A DNA stretch of 64,000 nucleotides from Eledone cirrhosa. Lineage: Eukaryota. The position numbers and the translations under genes were made by a program. The notes below the pieces were generated by a model. That model did no database searches and was not told where the DNA came from. It saw only the letters and a program-made list of their open reading frames with translations. Within the stretch, counting starts at the first letter, position 1, and the number at the start of each line of letters is the position of its first letter. This document shows positions 12,101 to 27,100 of this stretch, in pieces. Location of the stretch: assembly GCA_964016885.1 (NCBI GenBank), contig OZ024742.1:337342001-337406000 (forward strand), written 5' to 3'.

Positions 12101-15100
12101 TAGTAGGGTATAGGAAGTAGTGTGCATGTAGTAGTGTATTGGAAGTAGTGTGCATGTAGTAGGGTATAGGAAGTAGTGTACATGTAGTAGAGTATAGGAA
12201 GTAGTGTACATGTAGTAGAGTATAGGAAGTAGTGTACATGTAGTAGGGTATAGGAAGTAGTGTACATGTAGTAGTGTATAGGAAGTAGTATATATGTAGT
12301 AGAGTATAGGAAGTAGTGTACATGTAGTAGTGTGTAGGAAGTAGTGTACGTGTAGTAGAGTACAGGAAGTAGTGTACATGTAGAAGGGCATAGGAAGTAG
12401 TGTACATGGAGTAGAGTATAGGAAGTAGTGTACATGTAGTAGAGTATAGGAAGTAGTGTACATGTAGTAGAGTATAGGGAGTAGTGTACATGTATTAGGG
12501 TATAGGGAGTAGTGTACATGTAGTAGTGTATAGGAAGTAGTGTACATGTAGTAGTGTATAGGAAGTAGTGTACATATAGTAGAGTACAGGAAGTAGTTTA
12601 CATGTAGAAGGGCATAGGAAGTAGTGTACATGTAGAAGGGTATAGGAAGTAGTGTACATGTAGTAGTATATAGGAAGTAGTGTACAGGTAGTAGTATATA
12701 GGAAGTAGTGTACATGTAGTAGAGTATAGGAAGTAGTGTACATGTAGTAGTGTATAGGAAGTAGTGTACATGTAGTAGTGTATAGGAAGTAGTGTACATG
12801 TAGTAGAGTATAGGAAGTAGTATACATGTAGTAGAGTATAGGAAGTAGTGTACATGTAGTAGTGTATAGGAAGTACTGTACATGTAGTAGAGTATAGGAA
12901 GTAGTATACATGCAGTAGGGTATAGGAAGTGGTGTGCATGTAGTAGTGTATAGGAAGTAGTGTGCATGTAGTAGTGTATAGGAAGTAGTGTATATGTAGT
13001 AGGGTATAGGAAGTAGTGTACATGTAGTAGAGTATAGGAAGTAGTGTACATGAAGTAGAGTATAGGAAGTAGTTTACATGTAGTAGGGTATAGGAAGTAG
13101 TGTACATGTAGTAGTGTATAGGAAGTAGTGTACATGTAGTAGGGTATAGGAAGTAGTCTGCATGTAGTAGTGTATTGGAAGTAGTGTACATGTAGTAGGG
13201 TATAGGAAGTAGTGTACATGTAGTAGAGTATAGGAAGTAGTGTACATGTAGTAGAGTATAGGAAGTAGTGTACATGTAGTAGGGTATAGGAAGTAGTGTA
13301 CATGTAGTAGTGTATAGGAAGTAGTATATATGTAGTAGAGTATAGGAAGTAGTGTACATGTAGTAGTGTATAGGAAGTAGTGTACGTGTAGTAGAGTACA
13401 GGAAGTAGTGTACATGTTGAAGGGTATAGGAAGTAGTGTACATGTAGTAGTGTATAGGAAGTAGTGTACATGTAGTAGAATATAGGAAGTAATGTACATG
13501 TAGTAGAGTATAGGAAGTAGTGTACATGTAGTAGTGTATAGGAAGTCGTGTACATGTAGTAGAGTATAGGAAGTAGTGTACATGTAGTAGAGTATAGCAA
13601 GTAGTGTACATGTACAAGGGTATAGGAAGTAGTGTACATGTAGTAGTGTATAGGAAGTAGTGTACATGTTGTAGAATATAGGAAGTAGTGTACATGTAGT
13701 AGAGTATAGGAAGTAGTGTACATGTAGTAGTGTATAGGAAGTAGTGTACATGTAGTAGTGTAAGGAAGTAGTGTATGTGTACTAGAGTATAGGAAGTAGT
13801 GTACATGTAGTAGAGTATAGGAAGTAGTGTACATGTAGTAGTGTATAGGAAGTAGTGTACATGTAGTAGTGTATAGGAAGTAGTGTAAATGTAGTAGAGT
13901 ATAGGAAGTAGTGTACATGTAGTAGAGGATAGGAAGTAGTGTACATGTAGTAGAGTACAGGAAGTAGTGTAAATGTAGTAGGGTATAGGAAGTAGTGTAC
14001 ATGTAGTAGTGTATAGGAAGTAGTGTACATGGAGTAGAATATAGGAAGTAGTGTACATGTAGTAGAGTATAGGAAGTAGTGTACATGTAGTAGTGTATAG
14101 GAAGTAGTGTGCATGTAGTAGTGTATAGGAAGTAGTGTACATGTAGTAGGGTATAGGAAGTAGTGTACATGTAGTAGTGTATAGGAAGTAGTGTACATGT
14201 AGTAGTGTATAGGAAGTAGTGTACATGTAGTAGAGTATAGGAAGTAGTGTACATGTAGTAGTGTATAGGAAGTAGTGTACATGTAGTAGAATATAGGAAG
14301 TAGTGTACATGTAGTAGAGTATAGGAAGTAGTGTACATGTAGTAGTGTATAGGAAGTAGTGTACATGTAGAAGGGTATAGGATGTAGTGTACATGTAGTA
14401 GTGTATAGGAAGTAGTGTACATGTAGTAGTGTATAGGAAGTAGTGTACATGTAGTAGAGTATAGGAAGTAGTGTACATGTAGTAGAGTATAGGAAGTAGT
14501 GTACATGTAGTAGTGTATAGGAATTAGTGTACATGTAGTAGTGTATAGGAAGTAGTATACATGTAGTAGTGTATAGGAAGTTGTGTACATGTAGTAGAGT
14601 ATAGGAAGTAGTGTACATGTAGTAGTGTATAGGAAGTAGTTTACATGTAGTAGTGTATAGGAAGTAGTGTACATGTAGTAGGGTATAGGAAGTAGTGTAC
14701 ATGTAGTAGAGTATAGGAAGTAGTGTACATGAAGTAGAGTATAGGAAGTAGTTGACATGTAGTAGTGTATAGGAAGTAGTGTACATGTAGTAGTGTATAG
14801 GAAGTAGTGTACATGTAGTAGGGTATAGGAAGTAGTGTGCATGTAGTAGTGTATTGGAAGTAGTGTGCATGTAGTAGGGTATAGGAAGTAGTGTACATGT
14901 AGTAGAGTATAGGAAGTAGTGTACATGTAGTAGAGTATAGGAAGTAGTGTACATGTAGTAGGGTATAGGAAGTAGTGTACATGTAGTAGTGTATAGGAAG
15001 TAGTATATATGTAGTAGAGTATAGGAAGTAGTGTACATGTAGTAGTGTGTAGGAAGTAGTGTACGTGTAGTAGAGTACAGGAAGTAGTGTACATGTAGAA

Positions 15101-18100
15101 GGGTATAGGAAGTAGTGTACATGGAGTAGAGTATAGGAAGTAGTGTACATGTAGTAGTGTATAGGAAGTAGTGTACATGTAGTAGAGTATAGGGAGTAGT
15201 GTACATGTAGTAGAGTATAGGAAGTAGTGTACATGTAGTAGTGTATAGGAAGTAGTGTACATGTAGTAGAATATAGGAAGTAGTGTACATGTAGTAGAGT
15301 ATAGGAAGTAGTGTACATGTAGTAGTGTATAGGAAGTAGTGTACATGTAGTAAAATATAGGAAGTAGTGTACATGTAGTAGAGTATAGGAAGTAGTGTAC
15401 ATGTAGTAGTGTATAGGAAGTAGTGTACATGTAGTAGAATATAGGAAGTAGTGTACATGTAGTAGAGTATAGGAAGTAGTGTACATGTAGTAGTGTATAG
15501 GAAGTAGTGTACATGTAGTAGAGTATAGGAAGTAGTGTACACGTAGTAGAGTATAGGAAGTAGTGTACATGTAGAAGGGTATATGAAGTAGTGTACATGT
15601 AGTAGTATATAGGAAGTAGTGTACATGTAGTAGAATATAGGAAGTAGTGTACATGTAGTAGAATATAGGAAGTAGTGTACATGTAGTAGAGTATAGGAAG
15701 TAGTGTACATGTAGTAGTGTATAGGAAGTAGTGTGCATGTAGTAGTGTATAGGAAGTAGTGTACATATAGTAGGGTATAGGAAGTAGTGTACATGTAGTA
15801 GTGTATAGGAAGTAGTGTGCATGTAGTAGTGTATAGGAAGTAGTGTACATGTAGTAGGGTATAGGAAGTAGTGTGCATGTAGTAGTGTATAGGAAGTAGT
15901 ATATATGTAGTAGAGTATAGGAAGTAGTGTACATGTAGTAGTGTATAGGAAGTATTGTACATGTAGTAGAGTACAGGAAGTAGTGTACATGTAGAAGGGT
16001 ATAGGAAGTAGTGTACATGTAGTAGTGTATAGGAAGTAGTGTACATGTAGTAGAATATAGGAAGTAGTGTACATGTAGTAGAGTATAAGAAGTAGTGTAC
16101 ATGTAGTAGTGTATAGGAAGTAGTGTACATGTAGAAGGGTATAGGAAGTAGTGTACATGTAGAAGGGTATAGGATGTAGTGTACATGTAGTAGTGTATAG
16201 GAAGTAGTGTACATGTAGTAGTGTATAGGAAGTAGTGTACATGTAGTAGTGTATAGGAAGTAGTGTGCATGTAGTAGTGTATAGGAAGTAGTGTACATGT
16301 AGTAGAGTATAGGAAGTAGTGTACATGTAGTAGTGTATAGGAAGTAGTGTACATGTAGTAGGGTATAGGAAGTAGTGTACATGTAGTAGTGTATAGGAAG
16401 TAGTGTACGTGTAGTAGAGTATAGGAAGTAGTGTACATGTAGTAGTGTATAGGAAGTAGTTTACATGTAGTAGTGTATAGGAAGTAGTGTACATGTAGTA
16501 GGGTATAAGAAGTAGTGTGCATGTAGTAGTGTATAGGAAGTAGTGTACATGTAGTAGGGTATAGGATGTAGTGTACATGTAGTAGAGTATAGGAAGTAGT
16601 GTACATGTAGTAGGGTATAGGAAGTAGTGTACATGTAGTAGAGTATAGGAAGTAGTGTACATGTAGTAGAGTATAGGAAGTAGTGTACATGTAGTAGGCT
16701 ATAGGAAGTAGTGTACATGTAGTAGTGTATAGGAAGTAGTGTACATGTAGTAGGGTATAGGAAGTAGTGTACATGTAGTAGTGTATAGGAAGTAGTATAT
16801 ATGTAGTAGAGCATAGGAAGCAGTGTACATGTAGTAGTGTATAGGAAGTAGTGTACATGTAGTAGAGTACAGGAAGTAGTGTACATGTAGAAGGGTATAG
16901 GAAGTAGTGTACATGTAGTAGAGTATAGGAAATAGTGTACATGTAGTAGGGTATAGGAAGTAGTCTACATGTAGTAGTGTATAGGACGTAGTGTACATGT
17001 AGTAGTGTATAGGAAGTAGTGTACATGTAGTAGGGTATAGGAAGTAGTGTGCATTTAGTAGTGTATAGGAAGTAATATATATGTAGTAGAGTATAGGAAG
17101 TAGTGTACATGTAGCAGTGTATAGGAAGTAGTGTACATGTAGTAGAGTACAGGAAGTAGTGTACATGTAGAAGGGTATAGGAAGTAGTGTAAATGTAGTA
17201 GTGTATAGGAAGTAGTGTACATGCAGTAGAATATAGGAAGTAGTGTACATGTAGTAGAGTATAGGAAGTAGTGTACATGTAGTAGTGTATAGGAAGTAGT
17301 GTACATGTAGAAGGGTATAGGAAGTAGTGTACATGTAGAAGGGTATAGGATGTAGTGTACATGTAGTAGTGTATAGGAAGTAGTGTACATGTAGTAGTGT
17401 ATAGGAAGTAGTGTACATGTAGTTGTGTATAGGAAGTAGTGTGCATGTAGTAGTGTATAGGAAGTAGTGTACATGTAGTAGAGTATAGGAAGTAGTATAC
17501 GTGTAGTAGTGTATAGGAAGTAGTGTACATGTAGTAGTGTATAGGAAGTAGTGTACATGTAGTAGAGTATAGGGAGTAGTGTACATGTAGTAGAGTATAG
17601 GAAGTAGTGTACATGTAGTAGTGTATAGGAAGTAGTGTACATGTAGTAGAATATAGGAAGTAGTGTACATGTAGTAGAGTATAGGAAGTAGTGTACATGT
17701 AGTAGTGTATAGGAAGTAGTGTACATGTAGTAGAATATAGGAAGTAGTGTACATGTAGTAGAGTATAGGAAGTAGTGTACATGTAGTAGTGTATAGGAAG
17801 TAGTGTACATGTAGTAGAATATAGGAAGTAGTGTACATGTAGTAGAGTATAGGAAGTAGTGTACATGTAGTAGTGTATAGGAAGTAGTGTACATGTAGTA
17901 GAGTATAGGAAGTAGTGTACACGTAGTAGAGTATAGGAAGTAGTGTACATGTAGAAGGGTATATGAAGTAGTGTACATGTAGTAGTATATAGGAAGTAGT
18001 GTACATGTAGTAGAATATAGGAAGTAGTGTACATGTAGTAGAATATAGGAAGTAGTGTACATGTAGTAGAGTATAGGAAGTAGTGTACATGTAGTAGTGT

Positions 18101-21100
18101 ATAGGAAGTAGTGTACATGTAGTAGGGTATAGGAAGTAGTGTACATGTAATAGTGTATAGGAAGTAGTGTGCATGTAGTAGTGTATAGGAAGTAGTGTAC
18201 ATGTAGTAGGGTATAGGAAGTAGCGTGCATGTAGTAGTGTATAGGAAGTAGTATATATGTAGTAGAGTATAGGAAGTAGTGTACATGTAGTAGTGTATAG
18301 GAAGTAGTGTACATGTAGTAGAGTACAGGAAGTAGTGTACATGTAGAAGGGTATAGGAAGTAGTGTACATGTAGTAGTGTATAGGAAGTAGTGTACATGT
18401 AGTAGAATATAGGAAGTAGTGTACATGTAGTAGAGTATAAGAAGTAGTGTACATGTAGTAGTGTATAGGAAGTAGTGTACATGTAGAAGGGTATAGGAAG
18501 TAGTGTACATGTAGAAGGGTATAGGATGTAGTGTACATGTAGTAGTGTATAGGAAGTAGTGTACATGTAGTAGTGTATAGGAAGTAGTGTACATGTAGTA
18601 GTGTATAGGAAGTAGTGTGCATGTAGTAGTGTATAGGAAGTAGTGTACATGTAGTAGAGTATAGGAAGTAGTGTACATGTAGTAGTGTATAGGAAGTAGT
18701 GTACATGTAGTAGGGTATAGGAAGTAGTGTACATGTAGTAGTGTATAGGAAGTAGTGTACGTGTAGTAGAGTATAGGAAGTAGTGTACATGTAGTAGTGT
18801 ATAGGAAGTAGTTTACATGTAGTAGTGTATAGGAAGTAGTGTACATGTAGTAGGGTATAAGAAGTAGTGTGCATGTAGTAGTGTATAGGAAGTAGTGTAC
18901 ATGTAGTAGGGTATAGGAAGTAGTGTACATGTAGTAGAGTATAGGAAGTAGTGTACATGTAGTAGGGTATAGGAAGTAGTGTACATGTAGTAGAGTATGT
19001 GAAGTAGTGTACATGTAGTAGAGTTTAGGAAGTAGTGTACATGTAGTAGGCTATAGGAAGTAGTGTACATGTAGTAGTGTATAGGAAGTAGTGTACATGT
19101 AGTAGGGTATAGGAAGTAGTGTACATGTAGTAGTGTATAGGAAGTAGTATATATGTAGTAGAGCATAGGAAGCAGTGTACATGTAGTAGTGTATAGGAAG
19201 TAGTGTACATGTAGTAGAGTACAGGAAGTAGTGTACATGTAGAAGGGTATAGGAAGTAGTGTACATGTAGTAGAGTATAGGAAATAGTGTACATGTAGTA
19301 GGGTATAGGAAGTAGTCTACATGTAGTAGTGTATAGGAAGTAGTGTACATGTAGTAGTGTATAGGAAGTAGTGTACATGTAGTAGGGTATAGGAAGTAGT
19401 GTGCATTTAGTAGTGTATAGGAAGTAATATATATGTAGTAGAGTATAGGAAGTAGTGTACATGTAGCAGTGTATAGGAAGTAGTGTACATGTAGTAGAGT
19501 ACAGGAAGTAGTGTACATGTAGAAGGGTATAGGAAGTAGTGTAAATGTAGTAGTGTATAGGAAGTAGTGTACATGCAGTAGAATATAGGAAGTAGTGTAC
19601 ATGTAGTAGAGTATAGGAAGTAGTGTACATGTAGTAGTGTATAGGAAGTAGTGTACATGTAGAAGGGTATAGGAAGTAGTGTACATGTAGAAGGGTATAG
19701 GATGTAGCGTACATGTAGTAGTGTATAGGAAGTAGTGTACATGTAGTAGTGTATAGGAAGTAGTGTACATGTAGTTGTGTATAGGAAGTAGTGTGCATGT
19801 AGTAGTGTATAGGAAGTAGTGTACATGTAGTAGAGTATAGGAAGTAGTATACGTGTAGTAGTGTATAGGAAGTAGTGTACATGTAGTAGTGTATAGGAAG
19901 TAGTATATATGTAGTAGAGTATAGGAAGTAGTGTACATGTAGTAGTGTATAGGAAGTAGTGTACATGTAGTAGAGTACAGGAAGTAGTGTACATGTAGAA
20001 GGGTATAGGAAGTAGTGTACATGTAGTAGTGTATAGGAAGTAGTGTACATGTAGTAGAATATAGGAAGTAGTGTACATGTAGTAGAGTATAAGAAGTAGA
20101 GTACATGTAGTAGTGTATAGGAAGTAGTGTACATGTAGAAGGGTATAGGAAGTAGTGTACATGTAGAAGGGTATAGGATGTAGTGTACATGTAGTAGTGT
20201 ATAGGAAGTAGTGTACATGTAGTAGTGTATAGGAAGTAGTGTACATGTAGTAGTGTATAGGAAGTAGTGTGCATGTAGTAGTGTATAGGAAGTAGTGTAC
20301 ATGTAGTAGAGTATAGGAAGTAGTGTACATGTAGTAGTGTATAGGAAGTAGTGTACATGTAGTAGGGTATAGGAAGTAGTGTACATGTAGTAGTGTATAG
20401 GAAGTAGTGTACGTGTAGTAGAGTATAGGAAGTAGTGTACATGTAGTAGTGTATAGGAAGTAGTTTACATGTAGTAGTGTATAGGAATTAGTGTACATGT
20501 AGTAGGGTATAGGAAGTAGAGTGCATGTAGTAGTGTATAGGAAGTAGTGTACATGTAGTAGGGTATAGGAAGTAGTGTACATGTAGTAGAGTATAGGAAG
20601 TAGTGTACATGTAGTAGGGTATAGGAAGTAGAGTGCATGTAGTAGTGTATAGGAAGTAGTGTACATGTAGTAGGGTATAGGAAGTAGTGTACATGTAGTA
20701 GAGTATAGGAAGTAGTGTACATGTAGTAGGGTATAGGAAGTAGTGTACATGTAGTAGAGTATAGGAAGTAGTGTACATGTAGTAGAGTATAGGAAGTAGT
20801 GTACATGTAGTAGGGTATAGGAAGTAGTGTACATGTAGTAGAGTATAGGAAGTAGTGTACATGTAGTAGAGTATAGGAAGTAGTGTACATGTAGTAGGGT
20901 ATAGGAAGTAGTGTACATGTAGTAGTGTATAGGAAGTAGTGTACATGTAGTAGGGTATAGGAAGTAGTGTACATGTAGTAGTGTATAGGAAGTAGTATAT
21001 ATGTAGTAGAGTATAGGAAGCAGTGTACATGTAGTAGTGTATAGGAAGTAGTGTACATGTAGTAGAGTACAGGAAGTAGTGTACATGTAGAAGGGTATAG

Positions 21101-24100
21101 GAAGTAGTGTACATGTAGTAGAGTATAGGAAGTAGTGTACATGTAGTAGGGTATAGGAAGTAGTCTACATGTAGTAGTGTATAGGAAGTAGTGTACATGT
21201 AGTAGTGTATAGGAAGTAGTGTACATGTAGTAGGGTATAGGAAGTAGTGTGCATTTAGTAGTGTATAGGAAGTAGTATATATGTAGTAGAGTATAGGAAG
21301 TAGTGTACATGTAGCAGTGTATAGGAAGTAGTGTACATGTAGTAGAGTACAGGAAGTAGTGTACATGTAGAAGGGTATAGGAAGTAGTGTACATGTAGTA
21401 GTGTATAGGAAGTAGTGTACATGCAGTAGAATATAGGAAGTAGTGTACATGTAGTAGAGTATAGGAAGTAGTGTACATGTAGTAGTGTATAGGAAGTAGT
21501 GTACATGTAGAAGGGTATAGGAAGTAGTGTACATGTAGAAGGGTATAGGATGTAGTGTACATGTAGTAGTGTATAGGAAGTAGTGTACATGTAGTAGTGT
21601 ATAGGAAGTAGTGTACATGTAGTTGTGTATAGGAAGTAGTGTACATGTAGTAGAGTATAGGAAGTAGTATACGTGTAGTAGTGTATAGGAAGTAGTGTAC
21701 ATGTAGTAGTGTATAGGAAGTAGTGTACATGTAGTAGTGTATAGGAAGTAGTGTACATGTATTAGTGTATAGGAAGTAGTGTACATGTAGTAGTGTATAG
21801 GAAGTAGTGTACATGTAGTATGGTATAGGCAGTAGTGTACATGTAGTAGTGTATAGGAAGTAGTGTACATGTAGTAGTGTATAGGAAGTAGTGTACATGT
21901 AGTAGAGTATAGGAAGTAGTGTGCATGTAGTAGTGTATAGGGAGTAATGTACATGTTGTAGGATATAGGAAGTAGTGTACATGTAGTAGAGTATAGGAAG
22001 TAGTGTACATGAAGTAGAGTATAGGAAGTAGTTTACATGTAGTAGGGTATAGGAAGTAGTGTATATGTAGTAGTGTATAGGAAGTAGTGTACATGTAGTA
22101 GGGTATAGGAAGTAGTGTGCATGTAGTAGTGTATAGGAAGTAGTGTACATGTAGTAGAGGATAAAAAGTAGTGTACATGTAGTAGTGTATAGGAAGTAGT
22201 GTACATGTAGTAGAGTACAGGAAGTAGTGTACATGTAGAAGGGTATAGGAAGTTGTGTAGATGTAGTAGAATATAGGAAGTAGTGTACATGTAGTAGAGT
22301 ATAGGAAGTAGTGTACATGTAGTAGTGTATAGGAAGTAGTGTACATGTAGTAGTGTATAGGAAGTAGTGTACATGTAGTAGGGTATAGGAAGTAGTGTAC
22401 ATGTAATAGGGTATAGGAAGTAGTGTACATGTAGTAGTGTATAGGAAGTAGTATATATGTAGTAGAGTATAGGAAGTAGTGTACATGTAGTAGTGTATAG
22501 GAAGTAGTGTACATGTAGTAGAGTACAGGAAGTAGTGTACATGTAGAAGTGTATAGGAAGTAGTGTACATGTAGTAGTGTATAGGAAGTAGTGTACATGT
22601 AGTAGGGTATAGGAAGTAGTGTACATGTAGTAGTGTATAGGAAGTAGTGTACACGTATTAGTGTATAGGAAGTAGTGTACATGTAGTAGGGTATAGGAAG
22701 TAGTGTGCATGTAGTAGTGTATAGGAAGTAGTATATATGTAGTAGAGTATAGGAAGTAGTGTACATGTAGTAGTGTATAGGAAGTAGTGTACATGTAGTA
22801 GAGTACATGAAGTAGTGTACATGTAGAAGGGTATAGGAAGTAGTGTACATGTAGTAGAATATAGGAAGTAGTGTACATGTAGTAGAGTATAGGAAGTAGT
22901 GTACATGTAGTAGTGTATAGGAAGTAGTGTGCATGTAGTAGTGTATAGGAAGTAGTGTACATATAGTAGGGTATAGGAAGTAGTGTACATGTAGTAGTGT
23001 ATAGGAAGTAGTGTACATGTAGTAGGGTATAGGAAGTAGTGTGCATGTAGTAGTGTATAGGAAGTAGTGTACATGTAGTAGGGTATAGGAAGTAGTGTAC
23101 ATGTAGTAGAATATAGGAAGTAGTGTACATGTAGTAGAGTATAGGAAGTAGTATACATGTAGTAGTGTATAGGAAGTAGTGTACATGTAGTAGAGTATAG
23201 GAAGTAGTGTACATGTAGTAGGGTATAGGAAGTAGTGTACATGTAGTAGTGTATAGGAAGTAGTATATATGTAGTAGAGTATAGGAAGTAGTGTACATGT
23301 AGTAGTGTATAGGAAGTAGTGTACATGTAGTAGAGGATAGGAAGTAGTGTACATGTAGTAGTGTATAGGAAGTAGTGTACATGTAGTAGAATATAGGAAA
23401 TAGTTTACATGTAGTAGGGTATAGGAAGTAGTGTACATGTAGCAGTGTATAGGAAGTAGTGCACATGTAGTAGTGTATAGGAAGTAGTGTGCATGTAGTA
23501 GTGTATAGGAAGTAGTGTGCATGTAGTAGTGTATAGGAAGTAGTGTACATGTAGTAGGGTATAGGAAGTAGTGTACATGTAGTAGTGTATAGGAAGTAGT
23601 GTGCATGTAGTAGTGTATAGGAAGTAGTGTACATGTAGTAGGGTATAGGAAGTAGTGTGCATGTAGTAGTGTATAGGAAGTAGTATATATGTAGTAGAGT
23701 ATAGGAAGTAGTGTACATGTAGTAGTGTATAGGAAGTAGTGTACATGTAGTAGAGTACAGGAAGTAGTGTACATGTAGAAGGGTATAGGAAGTAGTGTAC
23801 ATGTAGTAGTGTATAGGAAGTAGTGTACATGTAGTAGAATATAGGAAGTAGTGTACATGTAGTAGAGTATAAGAAGTAGTGTACATGTAGTAGTGTATAG
23901 GAAGTAGTGTACATGTAGAAGGGTATAGGAAGTAGTGAACATGTAGAAGGGTATAGGATGTAGTGTACATGTAGTAGTGTATAGGAAGTAGTGTGCATGT
24001 AGTAGTGTATAGGAAGTAGTGTACATGTAGTAGTGTATAGGAAGTAGTGTGCATGTAGTAGTGTATAGGAAGTAGTGTACATGTAGTAGAGTATAGGAAG

Positions 24101-27100
24101 TAGTGTACATGTAGTAGTGTATAGGAAGTAGTGTACATGTAGTAGGGTATAGGAAGTAGTGTACATGTAGTAGTGTATAGGAAGTAGTGTACGTGTAGTA
24201 GAGTATAGGAAGTAGTGTACATGTAGTAGTGTATAGGAAGTAGTTTACATGTAGTAGTTTATAGGAAGTAGTGTACATGTAGTAGCGTATAAGAAGTAGT
24301 GTGCATGTAGTAGTGTATAGGAAGTAGTGTACATGTAGTAGGGTATAGGAAGTAGTGTACATATAGTAGAGTATAGGAAGTAGTGTACATGTAGTAGGGT
24401 ATAGGAAGTAGTGTACATGTAGTAGAGTATAGGAAGTAGTGTACATGTAGTAGAGTATAGGAAGTAGTGTACATGTAGTAGGCTATAGGAAGTAGTGTAC
24501 ATGTAGTAGTGTATAGGAAGTAGTGTACATGTAGTAGGGTATAGGAAGTAGTGTACATGTAGTAGTGTATAGGAAGTAGTATATATGTAGTAGAGCATAG
24601 GAAGCAGTGTACATGTAGTAGTGTATAGGAAGTAGTGTACATGTAGTAGAGTACAGGAAGTAGTGTACATGTAGAAGGGTATAGGAAGTAGTGTACATGT
24701 AGTAGAGTATAGGAAATAGTGTACATGTAGTAGGGTATAGGAAGTAGTCTACATGTAGTAGTGTATAGGAAGTAGTGTACATGTAGTAGTGTATAGGAAG
24801 TAGTGTACATGTAGTAGGGTATAGGAAGTAGTGTGCATTTAGTAGTGTATAGGAAGTAATATATATGTAGTAGAGTATAGGAAGTAGTGTACATGTAGCA
24901 GTGTATAGGAAGTAGTGTACATGTAGTAGAGTACAGGAAGTAGTGTACATGTAGAAGGGTATAGGAAGTAGTGTAAATGTAGTAGTGTATAGGAAGTAGT
25001 GTACATGCAGTAGAATATAGGAAGTAGTGTACATGTAGTAGAGTATAGGAAGTAGTGTACATGTAGTAGTGTATAGGAAGTAGTGTACATGTAGAAGGGT
25101 ATAGGAAGTAGTGTACATGTAGAAGGGTATAGGATGTAGTGTACATGTAGTAGTGTATAGGAAGTAGTGTACATGTAGTAGTGTATAGGAAGTAGTGTAC
25201 ATGTAGTTGTGTATAGGAAGTAGTGTGCATGTAGTAGTGTATAGGAAGTAGTGTACATGTAGTAGAGTATAGGAAGTAGTATACGTGTAGTAGTGTATAG
25301 GAAGTAGTGTACATGTAGTAGTGTATAGGAAGTAGTATATATGTAGTAGAGTATAGGAAGTAGTGTACATGTAGTAGTGTATAGGAAGTAGTGTACATGT
25401 AGTAGAGTACAGGAAGTAGTGTACATGTAGAAGGGTATAGGAAGTAGTGTACATGTAGTAGTGTATAGGAAGTAGTGTACATGTAGTAGAATATAGGAAG
25501 TAGTGTACATGTAGTAGAGTATAAGAAGTAGTGTACATGTAGTAGTGTATAGGAAGTAGTGTACATGTAGAAGGGTATAGGAAGTAGTGTACATGTAGAA
25601 GGGTATAGGATGTAGTGTACATGTAGTAGTGTATAGGAAGTAGTGTACATGTAGTAGTGTATAGGAAGTAGTGTACATGTAGTAGTGTATAGGAAGTAGT
25701 GTGCATGTAGTAGTGTATAGGAAGTAGTGTACATGTAGTAGAGTATAGGAAGTAGTGTACATGTAGTAGTGTATAGGAAGTAGTGTACATGTAGTAGGGT
25801 ATAGGAAGTAGTGTACATGTAGTAGTGTATAGGAAGTAGTGTACGTGTAGTAGAGTATAGGAAGTAGTGTACATGTAGTAGTGTATAGGAAGTAGTTTAC
25901 ATGTAGTAGTGTATAGGAAGTAGTGTACATGTAGTAGGGTATAGGAAGTAGAGTGCATGTAGTAGTGTATAGGAAGTAGTGTACATGTAGTAGGGTATAG
26001 GAAGTAGTGTACATGTATTAGAGTATAGGAAGTAGTGTACATGTAGTAGGGTATAGGAAGTAGTGTACATGTAGTAGAGTATAGGAAGTAGTGTACATGT
26101 AGTAGAGTATAGGAAGTAGTGTACATGTAGTAGGGTATAGGAAGTAGTGTACATGTAGTAGAGTATAGGAAGTAGTGTACATGTAGTAGGCTATAGGAAG
26201 TAGTGTACATGTAGTAGTGTATAGGAAGTAGTGTACATGTAGTAGGGTATAGGAAGTAGTGTACATGTAGTAGTGTATAGGAAGTAGTATATATGTAGTA
26301 GAGCATAGGAAGCAGTGTACATGTAGTAGTGTATAGGAAGTAGTGTACATGTAGTAGAGTACAGGAAGTAGTGTACATGTAGAAGGGTATAGGAAGTAGT
26401 GTACATGTAGTAGAGTATAGGAAATAGTGTACATGTAGTAGGGTATAGGAAGTAGTCTACATGTAGTAGTGTATAGGAAGTAGTGTACATGTAGTAGTGT
26501 ATAGGAAGTAGTGTACATGTAGTAGGGTATAGGAAGTAGTGTGCATTTAGTAGTGTATAGGAAGTAATATATATGTAGTAGAGTATAGGAAGTAGTGTAC
26601 ATGTAGCAGTGTATAGGAAGTAGTGTACATGTAGTAGAGTACAGGAAGTAGTGTACATGTAGAAGGGTATAGGAAGTAGTGTAAATGTAGTAGTGTATAG
26701 GAAGTAGTGTACATGCAGTAGAATATAGGAAGTAGTGTACATGTAGTAGAGTATAGGAAGTAGTGTACATGTAGTAGTGTATAGGAAGTAGTGTACATGT
26801 AGAAGGGTATAGGAAGTAGTGTACATGTAGACGGGTATAGGATGTAGTGTACATGTAGTAGTGTATAGGAAGTAGTGTACATGTAGTAGTGTATAGGAAG
26901 TAGTGTACATGTAGTTGTGTATAGGAAGTAGTGTGCATGTAGTAGTGTATAGGAAGTAGTGTACATGTAGTAGAGTATAGGAAGTAGTATACGTGTAGTA
27001 GTGTATAGGAAGTAGTGTACATGTAGTAGTGTATAGGAAGTAGTATATATGTAGTAGAGTATAGGAAGTAGTGTACATGTAGTAGTGTATAGGAAGTAGT